64,000 nt of DNA, from the NCBI GenBank assembly GCA_037481835.1, contig JBBFKW010000013.1, forward strand, positions 64,001-128,000. Direction: 5' to 3'. Below, one piece after another: positions 30,865-40,704 of this stretch. Source of the DNA: Desulfosoma sp. Lineage in GTDB: Bacteria > Desulfobacterota > Syntrophobacteria > Syntrophobacterales > DSM-9756. The notes under the pieces were generated by a model that saw only the letters and a list, made by a program, of their open reading frames with translations, made no database searches and was not told the DNA's origin. Every line of letters starts with the position of its first letter. Within the stretch, counting starts at the first letter, position 1. A program made the translations under genes and the position numbers.

Positions 30865-33363
30865 ATGACCGAAGAAGAACTCATGGAAAGGCTCCGGCAC
30901 GCTTTCTTGGGGGAAGCCCGGGAGCGGTTGGATTCCCTGACGGCGCATCTGGAAGCCTTGGAAAGACAGGACGATTTTGCCCGGCGCAAGGAATCCCTGG
31001 AGGTCGCCTACCGGGAAGTCCACAGCCTGAAGGGCGCGGCCCGAGCCGTCGGCTTTTCCGATGTGGAGGCCGTGTGCCAGACGGCCGAAAGTGTCCTTTC
31101 GGCCTTAAAAAGGGAACAAATCCCCGTGTCTCGTGACGTCCTGGGCGCTCTGTACCAGGTGCTATCCTTCGTGGAAAAGGCCGTGCAAGGAGAACCCGAC
31201 CGAGAATCCGTGTCGGCCCTGTGCCGCCGTTTGGAATCCCTGCTCCGCACTCCATCGCAAGAAAAGGCCTCCCTCCAAGAAGACTCGGTCTCTCCTCAGA
31301 AAGCTCGGCTGAGGGGGGCGGAGACGGCCGCGCCGGATCTCTGCCCTCCCCAGGCTTCAGGGGCTGGGACGGCACCCGGGGCCGAGCCCTCTCAAGGGCC
31401 CATGGCAGAAGCGCCACGGGCCTTCTCGGAAACGGCTCTTTCTTCCGGGCCGGCTTCCGAAAAGCAAGCGGAACGGGCGGGTGACGGGGGTTCGGAACCG
31501 GATAAGGCCCCGGTCGGCCGAGGGCCCTCAGGGGCGCCTCAGGGAAGCTACGCCGTGCGCGTGGACGTGCATCGGCTGGATGTGTTTTTGAAAAGGGCCG
31601 AAGAGCTCATTTCCGCCAAGTTGGCCATGGCCCAGCATCTTGGGAGCCTCAAAGACCTGCGTCGTCGGTTCGATCACATGAAAAAGCAATGCACCTCGGG
31701 GGCGAGGGAGCTCCGATGGCTGAAAGATTCGGCCCATCAGGACACCGGCGCAGCCGTTTCCGTCCCGGCGAAGAAGGTGTTGGAACTCAAACGTTTTATG
31801 GAAGAAAATCAAAAGACGTTGCACGCCCTCGGAGAAGAAGTGGCGCGGGCGGTGGCGTCCGCCGAGGACAACGCCCGGTATCTGGCCACCTTGGTGGATG
31901 AACTCATGGAAGGAGCCAAGGAGGTTCTGCTGCAGCCTTTCGCCTTGGTGCTCCGCGGGCTTTCCCGCATGGTTCGCGACCTGGCGGAAAACCTTGGAAA
32001 AGACGTGAGGCTCATCGTCGAGGGTGACGACGTGGAGGCGGACCGCAGGATCCTCGAGGAGCTGAAAGACCCCTTGGTGCACCTGCTCAGGAACGCCGTG
32101 GATCATGGGTTGGAAAAGCTCGATGTACGTGTCGCACAAGGCAAACCGCCTCAAGGGACCGTGAGGGTGTTTGTGGTTCAAGAAGATGCCCGGACTGTGC
32201 GGGTCGCCGTGGAAGACGACGGCCAGGGGATCGACCCCGATAGGCTCCGGGAGGAAGCCGTCCGCCGGGGACTGCTCAGCCGCGAGGAAGCGGACCAGAT
32301 GGCGGATGAGGCGGCGGTGGAACTCATTTTCCGATCGGATCTTTCCACCAGTGCGATGGTCACCGAGGTCTCCGGAAGGGGATTGGGCATGGCCATCGTG
32401 AAGGAGAGGGTAGAAGGGCTTGGGGGGCGTCTGCACGTGCACACCGAAAAAGGGCGAGGCACCCGCATGGTCATGGAACTGCCGGTGTCCTTGGCGACCT
32501 TCCGGGGCATTCTAATTGGGGAAGCGGGCCGGTTGTTCGTCATGCCGACCCATGCGGTGGAAGCCGTGGTCAGGGTGCGGGACGGCGACTGTCAACGCGT
32601 GGAGGGGCGGGAGACCCTCACCCACATGGACCGGGTCATTTCCGTTGAACGCCTGCGGGACGTGCTGGGCCTTCCCGATTCCAATGCAGAGGCTCCGGTG
32701 GACCCGGACCATCGGCGAACCGCCTTGATTCTCAGGGCCGGCGATGGGGAAGCGGCGGTGGAAGTGGATGCCGTGCTCGGCGAACAGGAAGTGCTCATCA
32801 AAGGCTTGGGACCGCAGCTTCAAAAGGTACACCACATTTGGGGGGCGACGGTCTTGGGTTCCGGGCTGGTGGTCCCCGTTTTGAACGCCGCGGACATCAT
32901 TCGATCGGTGCGCCACAAGCTTCGGCCGTCCTTGACTCCGGCGGGAGTGCCCAAAGGATCGGCGCCGAAATCCGCGGCACGCCCGCGAGCCGTTTTGGTG
33001 GCTGAAGATTCGGTGACGTCGCGGACGCTTCTCAAGAACATTTTGGAAGGGGCGGGTTATGCGGTCCAGACGGCCGTGGACGGTCAGGATGCCCTGGCCA
33101 AACTGAGAGAACAGCCCTTTGATGCCGTGGTTTCCGACGTGGAAATGCCGCGCATGAACGGGTTCGATCTCACTCGCTCCATCCGCCGGGAAGAAAAACT
33201 GAAGCACATGCCGGTGGTGCTCGTCACCAGCTTGGATTCCCGAGAGCACCGGGAACAAGGTTTGGAAGCCGGCGCCGACGCCTACATTGTGAAGAGCTCT
33301 TTTGATCAAACCACCCTGTTGGATGTCCTCGAGCGATTCACCGGGTCAAAAGGAGCGCCCTGA
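30865..33363 (+). CDS. cheA: Hybrid CheA-receiver kinase (WspE-like)
   Basis: HSLKGAA Hpt, HLLRNAVDHG, DDGQG, SGRGLGM, CheW-like domain, C-terminal REC (DVEMP). Confidence 0.93.
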   Translation: MTEEELMERLRHAFLGEARERLDSLTAHLEALERQDDFARRKESLEVAYREVHSLKGAARAVGFSDVEAVCQTAESVLSALKREQIPVSRDVLGALYQVLSFVEKAVQGEPDRESVSALCRRLESLLRTPSQEKASLQEDSVSPQKARLRGAETAAPDLCPPQASGAGTAPGAEPSQGPMAEAPRAFSETALSSGPASEKQAERAGDGGSEPDKAPVGRGPSGAPQGSYAVRVDVHRLDVFLKRAEELISAKLAMAQHLGSLKDLRRRFDHMKKQCTSGARELRWLKDSAHQDTGAAVSVPAKKVLELKRFMEENQKTLHALGEEVARAVASAEDNARYLATLVDELMEGAKEVLLQPFALVLRGLSRMVRDLAENLGKDVRLIVEGDDVEADRRILEELKDPLVHLLRNAVDHGLEKLDVRVAQGKPPQGTVRVFVVQEDARTVRVAVEDDGQGIDPDRLREEAVRRGLLSREEADQMADEAAVELIFRSDLSTSAMVTEVSGRGLGMAIVKERVEGLGGRLHVHTEKGRGTRMVMELPVSLATFRGILIGEAGRLFVMPTHAVEAVVRVRDGDCQRVEGRETLTHMDRVISVERLRDVLGLPDSNAEAPVDPDHRRTALILRAGDGEAAVEVDAVLGEQEVLIKGLGPQLQKVHHIWGATVLGSGLVVPVLNAADIIRSVRHKLRPSLTPAGVPKGSAPKSAARPRAVLVAEDSVTSRTLLKNILEGAGYAVQTAVDGQDALAKLREQPFDAVVSDVEMPRMNGFDLTRSIRREEKLKHMPVVLVTSLDSREHREQGLEAGADAYIVKSSFDQTTLLDVLERFTGSKGAP

Positions 33364-34454
33364 TGGCGGAACCGAAACGCGTCCTCATTGCCGACGACTC
33401 CATCACCTGCAGGGAGTATCTCCGATTTCTTCTGGAAAAAGAGGGGGGCTTTCAGGTGGTGGGCGTCGCCGCGGACGGCGAGGACGCCGTCCGACAGGCC
33501 CTGGCTTTGAAGCCGGACCTCATCGCCATGGACATCCACATGCCCAAGATGAACGGCATCGAAGCCTCTCGAAAAATCTTGGAAACCCTTCGCGTCCCCA
33601 TCGTCATGGTGAGCGACGTGTGGCAGACGGCTGAGGTGCAAAAGGCTTTCGAAGCCATGGAAATCGGCGCCGTCGGAGGCGTGCAGAAACCGCCGGGACT
33701 GGGCCATCCCGAAGCCGAAATGTTCGCCCGGAAGCTCATTCGGACGATGAAACTCATGGCCGATTTGCCGGTCATTCGGCGTACGGCCAGGCCGGAAGGG
33801 AAGAGTCCTCCTTCAGGCGGGCCGGCGCCCAACGACTGCCTGAGGCGACGGCCTCTGAAAGTTCCAATCCGCCTCATTGCCATGGGCGCCTCTACGGGAG
33901 GTCCCCCCGTGCTCAAAGAGATCCTCCATTGCCTTCCCGCCGGCTTTTCCGTCCCGGTGCTCGTGGTGCAGCATATCAGCGCGGGCTTTCTGCCGGGCAT
34001 GGTGGAATGGATGCAGCGGGAATGTGCCGTGAGGCTCCGCATTCCGGCTTCCGGGGAAGCCGTGGAGCCGGGCACGGTTTACTTCGCCCCGGACGGGGTG
34101 CACATGGGGATCGACCCGCGAGGTATGATCTTTTTCAGCAACGAGCGTTCGGAACACGGCGTCAAACCGTCCGTGTCGGTCTTGTTCAGGACCGTTGCGG
34201 CCTCCTACGGAGCCGCCGCGGTCGGAGTCCTGCTCACAGGAATGGGCAAGGACGGCGCCCAAGAACTGCTGCTCCTTCGGCAAAAGGGGGCTCTGACCGT
34301 GGTCCAGGATCAGGCGAGTTGCGTGGTGTTCGGCATGCCCGGCGAAGCGGTGCGGCTCGGGGCGGCCGAATGTGTGCTTCCCCCGGCGGAAATCGCCCGC
34401 ACCCTCATCGAGGCGGTCAGCGGCCGATCCGCAGGCGGGCTGTCGGCGGTGTGA
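33363..34454 (+). CDS. cheB: CheB methylesterase/response regulator
   Basis: REC domain plus GASTGGP, VQHI, TGMGKDGA. Confidence 0.94.
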   Translation: MAEPKRVLIADDSITCREYLRFLLEKEGGFQVVGVAADGEDAVRQALALKPDLIAMDIHMPKMNGIEASRKILETLRVPIVMVSDVWQTAEVQKAFEAMEIGAVGGVQKPPGLGHPEAEMFARKLIRTMKLMADLPVIRRTARPEGKSPPSGGPAPNDCLRRRPLKVPIRLIAMGASTGGPPVLKEILHCLPAGFSVPVLVVQHISAGFLPGMVEWMQRECAVRLRIPASGEAVEPGTVYFAPDGVHMGIDPRGMIFFSNERSEHGVKPSVSVLFRTVAASYGAAAVGVLLTGMGKDGAQELLLLRQKGALTVVQDQASCVVFGMPGEAVRLGAAECVLPPAEIARTLIEAVSGRSAGGLSAV

Positions 34455-34487
34455 TGAAACTCATGAGGTGCAGGAAGGATTGGCACC

Positions 34488-35249
34488 ATGAACAATAATT
34501 CCGTAACATTTGAAGATAACGTGCACATTCTCGTGGTCGAGGACAGTTTGACCCAAGCCGTTCGGCTCCAAGGCCTCCTGGAACACAATGGATACCGGGT
34601 GACCACGGCGGCGGACGGCGCCGAGGCCCTTTCGCTGTTGGAACGCATGACCCCCACGCTGGTCATCAGCGATATCGTCATGCCGGGGATGGACGGATAC
34701 GAATTGTGCCGCCGCATCAAGAGCGAGCCCAAGACGACGGACATCCCGGTGATCCTGGTGACCCAGCTGTCGGAACCCGAAGACATCCTCAAGGGCTTGG
34801 AATGCGGGGCGGACAACTTCATCACCAAGCCCTACGAGGAAAATTTTCTCCTTTCTCGCATCCAGTATATTCTCATCAACCGCCGGCTGAGGACAAAGGT
34901 CTGCACGGACATGGGCCTGGAGGTGTTTTTTGCCAACCGCCGGCATTTCATCACCTCGGATCGGATCCAGATTCTGGACTTGCTCTTTTCCACGTACGAA
35001 AGCGCCCTGCAAAAGGCTCGCGAGCTGGAGCGGGCCAACAAAAAGCTCCAGGAGGCATTGGAAACCATCAAGACCCTGCAAGGGATTCTTCCCATTTGCG
35101 CCGGTTGCAAGAAGATCCGGGACGAATCGGGGGAATGGCAATCGCTGGAACGCTACATCGGGGATCGCTCAGAGGCCAAGTTCAGCCACGGACTGTGCCC
35201 CGATTGTGCCAAGAAGCTCTATCCCCAGTATTTCGACCGAAAGGCGTGA
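34488..35249 (+). CDS. Response regulator with C-terminal Cys/His (putative Zn-binding) motif
   Basis: REC (EDS, DIVMP, KP) plus LPICAGCKKIRD...SHGLCPDC. Confidence 0.85.
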   Translation: MNNNSVTFEDNVHILVVEDSLTQAVRLQGLLEHNGYRVTTAADGAEALSLLERMTPTLVISDIVMPGMDGYELCRRIKSEPKTTDIPVILVTQLSEPEDILKGLECGADNFITKPYEENFLLSRIQYILINRRLRTKVCTDMGLEVFFANRRHFITSDRIQILDLLFSTYESALQKARELERANKKLQEALETIKTLQGILPICAGCKKIRDESGEWQSLERYIGDRSEAKFSHGLCPDCAKKLYPQYFDRKA

Positions 35250-35269
35250 CGAAGGCGGGGAGTCACGGG

Positions 35270-36235
35270 ATGGACGAGCCCCTGCGCGTGCTCATCGTGG
35301 AAGACAGCATGACCCAGGCCGTGCGGCTCCAGGCCGTTTTGGAATCTTTGGGCTACCGGGTCCACCACGCCGAAAACGGCCGGAAGGCTTTGGAAGCGCT
35401 GGAAGAAACCTTCTGCCCTCTCGTGATCACCGACTGGGTCATGCCCGAAATGGATGGGGTCAGCTTCTGCCGCACGGTGCGGTCCCGTTCTTATCCGGGG
35501 TACGTTTTTGTGATCCTTCTCACGGCCCGGGACGCCCTGGACGACATCGTGGAGGGGCTAGAAGCGGGTGCCGACGACTACCTCGTCAAGCCCGTGCATC
35601 CGTCAGAACTGGCGGCTCGGCTGAAGACCGCCCGACGGATCTTGGCCCTGGAAGCCACGCTCAAGAAGCGCACGGAAGAAGTGCAACGTTTGTCCATCAC
35701 CGACCCGCTGACGCAACTTTACAACCGCCGCTATTTCAACGAGCAGCTCCCCAAGCTCCTCCACGCGAGCCGCCGGCACGGCCGTCCCCTGTCACTCATC
35801 ATGACGGACATCGACCATTTCAAGAAAATCAACGACACGTACGGCCATCAAACAGGAGATCGGGTTCTTGAGGCATTCGCGGCCCAGATCCAAGGGTCCC
35901 TTCGGGTCGGTTTGGATTGGGCCGCTCGCTTCGGGGGCGAGGAATTTGTCGTGGTCCTTCCCGAAACGGACATGGACAAGGCGGGTCTTGTGGCCGAACG
36001 CCTGCGCCTGCTCGTGGCCCACACCTCCGTCGAAAGCCCTCAAGGGCCCGTGCGCATCACGGCCAGTTTCGGCGTATCCGGCGTCCCCGGGGGCGGGTAC
36101 GATGGCCTTTCCATGGAAGCCCTTGTAGCCGCCGCCGACGCGGCGCTCTACCGAGCCAAGCAAAACGGCAGAAATCGCACGGAAATGGCCGAAGATTGCT
36201 GGGCGCCTCAGGAAGCCCCATCGGCCATGATGTGA
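35270..36235 (+). CDS. REC-GGDEF diguanylate cyclase (WspR-like)
   Basis: REC domain, TDPLT, DIDHFK, RFGGEEF, ADAALYRAK. Confidence 0.92.
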   Translation: MDEPLRVLIVEDSMTQAVRLQAVLESLGYRVHHAENGRKALEALEETFCPLVITDWVMPEMDGVSFCRTVRSRSYPGYVFVILLTARDALDDIVEGLEAGADDYLVKPVHPSELAARLKTARRILALEATLKKRTEEVQRLSITDPLTQLYNRRYFNEQLPKLLHASRRHGRPLSLIMTDIDHFKKINDTYGHQTGDRVLEAFAAQIQGSLRVGLDWAARFGGEEFVVVLPETDMDKAGLVAERLRLLVAHTSVESPQGPVRITASFGVSGVPGGGYDGLSMEALVAAADAALYRAKQNGRNRTEMAEDCWAPQEAPSAMM

Positions 36236-36699
36236 TCCATGATTTCCTGGATCTTTTTCTCCACGAACGAAAGCCGCCTTGCGTCGCCTTCCGCATCGTC
36301 CAGGGAAAAGGCATGACTGGTCGGGCTGTGGACGGAAAGGAGCTCCAATCCGGTTTCTAAGGCATTGCGCACCCAGAGCCGAAAAGCCTCCATGGCTGAA
36401 GGTTCCCGCGCCTTGAGGCCCGCCAGGGTGACCTCCACGGCTTGTCCAGTCCATTGAAGGTCTTCGCGGATGGCGGCCACAAGCTCTCCATCCAGTCGTG
36501 GGCGCCTCACAGGAATGCACCGAGCGATGATCTCAGCATAGATCATGAAGGGATCCCCGCCGCCTTTTTCGGGATAGCAGACCAGGCATCGTCCGGTGTC
36601 GTGGGGGATAGCGGCGTTTTCGGCAAAACGGTTGGTTCGAGCGATCCCCTGAAAATGGGCGATGGTGTATTCTCGAGGCGTTTCGTCGTTCCGTGTCAT
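36208..36699 (-). CDS. Hypothetical protein
   Basis: 163-aa ORF with AAGGA RBS and a CxxC motif (CLVC). Confidence 0.6.
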   Translation of the reverse strand: MTRNDETPREYTIAHFQGIARTNRFAENAAIPHDTGRCLVCYPEKGGGDPFMIYAEIIARCIPVRRPRLDGELVAAIREDLQWTGQAVEVTLAGLKAREPSAMEAFRLWVRNALETGLELLSVHSPTSHAFSLDDAEGDARRLSFVEKKIQEIMDHIMADGAS

Positions 36700-36888
36700 G
36701 AGTGTTTCCTTCGTCAGCCGAAAGGACTAGAATAAACTTCCGCCCCATGGGGCCGAACCCCCCGGAGGGCCAACATGGCCCGAACATACCAGATAACCCG
36801 GGGCCAAGGTAAGCCCAACCGATGGCCCCCCGATAATACAGTTACCCATGTGGGTCATGCGAAACACATGCAAAAATGTAGCAAAAAT

Positions 36889-36995
36889 GTAGGTTGGGGT
36901 GAGCGCAGCGAACCCCAACACTCGGGGAACGCCAACACTCTGGGAACCCCAACACTCAGGGAACCCCAACACCTGGAGCGCCCAACAGCCGGGGA
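36889..36995 (+). repeat. GTAG REP followed by about 17-bp tandem repeats of its right arm
   Basis: GTAGGTTGGGGTGAGCGCAGCGAACCCCAACA at 36889-36920; GAACSCCAACAC units at 36910, 36927, 36944, 36961. Confidence 0.8.
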
Positions 36996-37150
36996 ATCCC
37001 ATTCCGCGATGAAACCTCAAAACCTCGAAGCACGCTGAACGCCCGAAGGTCGAGAAACTGCAGCCCGCAATGAACCCCCAACACCCCGTGAACCCCCAAC
37101 ACCCCGCGAAAACCCTGTCCCGTTACGCGGTGCGCCGTTGCCCATCCCCT

Positions 37151-38104
37151 ATGTCCCAGGCTCATTCGGCGAACCATCCCGTTCCCGGCTACGTCCACGC
37201 CCTGCGAACCGGCGCCCTGGAGGCCAAGGCCGAAGCCCTCAAGGAGCGGCTCCGAGCGTGCGATCTGTGTCCTCGCCGCTGCGGCGTGGATCGCCTTTCC
37301 GGGCGGTTGGGGTTCTGCCGCACGGATGGGCGTTTGAAGGTCGCGGCTGTGAGCCTCCACCCGTGGGAGGAACCGCCCATTGCGGGCAGCCGCGGCTCGG
37401 GTACCGTGTTCTTTTCCGGCTGCACCTTGCACTGCCTCTTTTGCCAGAACTACCCCATCAGCCAGTTGGGCGTCGGCCGGGTGATGGAGCCGGACGAGTT
37501 AGCCGAAAAAATGCTTCGGCTTCAGCAGCGCGGCGCCCACAACATCAACCTGGTCACGCCGACCCACCAGGTGCCTCAATTCGTGGAGGCTTTGCTCATC
37601 GCGGCGCGGCGGGGGCTTCGCCTTCCCATTGTCTACAATTCCAGCGGATACGAAAGGGTTTCCCTGATCCACGAGCTGGACGACATTGTGGATATCTATC
37701 TGCCCGACATCAAATTTGCGTCCCCGGAAGCCGCCGCCTTTTGTTGCGGGCGATCGGACTACGTGCTCCAGAACCGCAGGGCCCTTCTCGCCATGTGGCG
37801 CCAGGTGGGGCCTCTGCAGTGCGATGCCGACGGGGTGGCCGTGCGGGGTCTCCTGGTCCGGCATTTGGTCCTTCCCGAAGGCCTTTCGGGAACGCCCCAG
37901 TGCCTGGCGTTTCTCCGGCGGGCCTTGGGAAAGGGCGTCTGGGTGAGCCTCATGGACCAATACTTCCCGGCGCACAAAGCTTTGACGACGCCCCCCTTGG
38001 ACCGGAAACCCACGGCGGAAGAAATCCAGGCGGCCGTGGAGGAGGCGTGGCGTTTGGGCTTGCGCCATGGCTTTACCCAGGAAACATGCCCGTGCGGAGG
38101 CTGA
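37151..38104 (+). CDS. pflX: PflX-like radical SAM protein (start uncertain)
   Basis: CDLCPRRCGVDR, GSGTVFFSGCTLHCLFCQNYPISQ, NINLVTP, RHLVLP. Confidence 0.88.
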   Translation: MSQAHSANHPVPGYVHALRTGALEAKAEALKERLRACDLCPRRCGVDRLSGRLGFCRTDGRLKVAAVSLHPWEEPPIAGSRGSGTVFFSGCTLHCLFCQNYPISQLGVGRVMEPDELAEKMLRLQQRGAHNINLVTPTHQVPQFVEALLIAARRGLRLPIVYNSSGYERVSLIHELDDIVDIYLPDIKFASPEAAAFCCGRSDYVLQNRRALLAMWRQVGPLQCDADGVAVRGLLVRHLVLPEGLSGTPQCLAFLRRALGKGVWVSLMDQYFPAHKALTTPPLDRKPTAEEIQAAVEEAWRLGLRHGFTQETCPCGG

Positions 38105-38192
38105 AAGGCCCCGGGGGGAGATATTGGAGGGAGAGCGGCTTTTCCCGAGCCCGAAACCTTGTGGCGGGGCTGAAGGGGAAAAGGGGGGGGTA

Positions 38193-38366
38193 GTGTTGGG
38201 GTTCGCTTCGCTCACCCCAACCTACATTGGCAAGGTTATTGTGTTGGGGTTCGCTTCGCTCACCCCAACCTACACTGGCAGTTGTTGCGTTGGGGGTTTG
38301 CTGCGCTCACCTCAACCTACACTGGCAGTTGTTGTGTTGGGGTTCGCTGCGCTCACCCCAACCTAC
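38193..38366 (-). repeat. Tandem array of four GTAG-REP palindromes
   Basis: Copies at 38193-38225, 38241-38273, 38287-38320 and 38334-38366; minus-strand consensus GTAGGTTGGGGTGAGCGMAGCGAACCCCAACAC; period 46-48 bp. Confidence 0.9.
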
Positions 38367-39571
38367 ATTGGCGACGTAGAGGGCGATTGCAACCGTTGGG
38401 CCAGGTTGGCGGATAAGAGGGCGCACTGTTCCAGATCCTCCGCGGTGCCGGCCCCCTTGACTTCCACGATGGGTTCCACCACTTCCAGTTTCATCCGTTC
38501 GGCGAAGGATTCCAGCGCCTTTCGCGCGCCGCCCGCCCAGGCATAGCTTGTGACAAGGCCGAGAAGGCGATTCTGCAGGAGCTTGTTTTCCAAGAAGCCC
38601 AAGAGGGTCTCCATGGGGGGAAACAGCCCCGTGTTGTAGGTGGGGCAGGCCAGGATCAGGCCCTTTGACGTCCAGATGTCCGCAATGACGAAGGAGGCGT
38701 GGGTACGGGCCACGTCGTGCACAAGAGGCGAAACCCCGCGCTCGGTCAGGGCCCGTGCGACGGCTTCCGCGAGCCGATAGGTGTTGCCGTACATGGATCC
38801 GTACGCCACCACGACGGTCGGATCCGTCTCCTGCAAGCTCCACCGCTCATAAAGGCGCACCGGCAGGGACGGGTCCTTGCGCCACACGGCCCCGTGTGTC
38901 GGGGCCACCACATGGAAAGTTAGCTCACGCAGCTTGTCCACGGCCTTGAGGACCATCTTGCCGTAGCGGGCGACGATGTTGGTGAAATAGCGCAGCATTT
39001 CCCCGTGCATGAGCTCCCCATCGATTTCGTCGTCAAAAAGGCCTTGGTCGACGGTGCCGAATCCCCCGAAAGCGTCACCGGAAAATAGCACGCCCGTGGT
39101 GAGGTCGAAGGTCATCATGGTTTCCGGCCAGTGGACCATGGGCGTCAGGAAAAACCGAAGCTTGTGGGCTCCCAGGTCCAAGACGTCTCCGTCGCCGACC
39201 TGACGGCACGGGGCGCACGTCCCGTAGAAGGCTTCCAGCATCTCCAGAGTCTTCTTGTTGCCCACCAGGGTCATGTCGGGAAAGACGGAACGAAGAATTT
39301 GGATGGCTCCCGTATGGTCGGGTTCCATGTGGTTGATGACCAGGTAGTCCACGGATTGACCCGGCCGAAGGACCTGGCGGATCCTATGGAGATGTTCGGC
39401 GAGGAAATGGCCTTTGACGGCATCGATGAGGGCGACCTTCTGGTCGACGACCAGGTAGGCGTTGTAGGAGACGCCGTAGGGAAGAGGCCAGAGGGCTTCG
39501 AAGAGGTCCGTTTCGTGATCGTTGACGCCGACCCAATAGGTTTCCGGGGCAATGACAGGGGGTCCGGCCAT
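38363..39571 (-). CDS. fprA: Flavodiiron protein (A-type flavoprotein, O2/NO reductase)
   Basis: GVSYNAYL, NHMEPDH, HWPET, SGDAFG, PTHG, SMYGNT flavodoxin domain. Confidence 0.93.
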   Translation of the reverse strand: MAGPPVIAPETYWVGVNDHETDLFEALWPLPYGVSYNAYLVVDQKVALIDAVKGHFLAEHLHRIRQVLRPGQSVDYLVINHMEPDHTGAIQILRSVFPDMTLVGNKKTLEMLEAFYGTCAPCRQVGDGDVLDLGAHKLRFFLTPMVHWPETMMTFDLTTGVLFSGDAFGGFGTVDQGLFDDEIDGELMHGEMLRYFTNIVARYGKMVLKAVDKLRELTFHVVAPTHGAVWRKDPSLPVRLYERWSLQETDPTVVVAYGSMYGNTYRLAEAVARALTERGVSPLVHDVARTHASFVIADIWTSKGLILACPTYNTGLFPPMETLLGFLENKLLQNRLLGLVTSYAWAGGARKALESFAERMKLEVVEPIVEVKGAGTAEDLEQCALLSANLAQRLQSPSTSPM

Positions 39572-39717
39572 GGCGGGCTCCTTTCTCTGCAGGCTCAGAT
39601 GGCTGAAGCGATTCACGTGCTCATAACACAAAGGGTTCGGCGGAAAAAGGGTCGGCGAATTTTTCTTTCCCGAAAAGACAGGCTGTGGCAAAAAGGCCTG
39701 CCGATTTTACGGCGCTT

Positions 39718-39733
39718 CGGCCGCGCTCTTGCA
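39718..39733 (+). promoter_or_regulatory. Possible sigma54 promoter upstream of the TPR gene
   Basis: CGGCCGCGCTCTTGCA fits GG-N10-GC with TTGCA. Confidence 0.3.
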
Positions 39734-39832
39734 TCGCGGCCAAAGGGACTTAAGTTAGCGACCAGACCTTCCGATCACATAGCTGAAGCGGCCATTCCCG
39801 CTCCAATCTCGGATGGTGGAAAGGAACACATC

Positions 39833-40564
39833 ATGCGCTCCGTCACGTGGATGATCACGGCGATGCTTGTCGTCTTCGGGGGTATTTCTTCCGCTCACGC
39901 CTTGCAGAGTGCCACGGACCTTGTCGAGAAGGCCCGGAAAGACTCCATCATGTACCGCAGGGTCGCCCTATACAGCGAAGCCCTGGTTTTGGATGCCGGC
40001 CTCGTGGACGCCTTGAGGGAAAGAGGAATTCTCTATTACTACCAGGGGAAACTCCGGGAAGCCTACGACGACCTCACGGCCTATTTGGAAAAGGGGGGAC
40101 AAGACGTCCGCGGCGTCCTCTTTCGTGCACTGGTGTCCGTGAAGCGCGAAGACTGGGAAAACGCTTTAACTGACCTGAATCGTGCGTGCGCTCTGGATCC
40201 CAAAAGGAGCGACATCCTCAGCCATCGCGCCGCGGTGCTGTACAAACTGGGACGGACCGCAGAGGCCGAAAAGGACGCGGCGGCCGTCCTCGCCCTCCAT
40301 GACGATCCGGCCGCCATGGCACGGGCCCTGACCGTGCGGGGAAACATCCACGCGGATCGCGGTAACGCGCTCTCGGCGCGGGAAGACCTCCGCCGGGCGG
40401 CGTCCATGGACCCCACTTTGGGCATTTTCGGCACTTGGGGGGACATTCTCAGTCCCGAACAGGCAAGCCGGATCGGTCTTCTGGGTTTGATCGTGCTGCC
40501 GGCCTTCCTCATCTTCCGGATCCGCCTGCCCAAGCCCACGCGCAAAGATCCGCCGCGGTTGTAA
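39833..40564 (+). CDS. TPR-repeat protein with signal peptide and C-terminal TM anchor
   Basis: AxA signal peptide, repeated TPR-like helices, hydrophobic C-terminal segment with basic tail. Confidence 0.78.
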   Translation: MRSVTWMITAMLVVFGGISSAHALQSATDLVEKARKDSIMYRRVALYSEALVLDAGLVDALRERGILYYYQGKLREAYDDLTAYLEKGGQDVRGVLFRALVSVKREDWENALTDLNRACALDPKRSDILSHRAAVLYKLGRTAEAEKDAAAVLALHDDPAAMARALTVRGNIHADRGNALSAREDLRRAASMDPTLGIFGTWGDILSPEQASRIGLLGLIVLPAFLIFRIRLPKPTRKDPPRL

Positions 40565-40704
40565 TCCACTATCCGGGCGGAGCCTCGAGCAGGGGTCACT
40601 CGAACCCGACGCTGAGGATCTCTCGGGAGCAGCCCCAGGGGCACCAGGGGACCCCCCTAAAGGGTGCACCGGATCGAGCCCGGTGTCGGAAAGGGGCGAT
40701 CCGC

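Noticed and set aside
36700..36730. Hammerhead ribozyme core (CTGACGA...GAAA on the minus strand)
   Set aside because: Only 2 nt separate the two core motifs, so stem II cannot form; the segment overlaps the RBS.
38193..38366. CRISPR array
   Set aside because: Linkers are only 13-15 bp and similar to each other, the unit recurs singly elsewhere in the window, and there are no cas genes. It fits REP elements.
40585..40612. tRNA fragment or att site at the eCIS boundary (GGTTCGAGT on the minus strand)
   Set aside because: The flanks do not form a T-stem or cloverleaf and no integrase is present.
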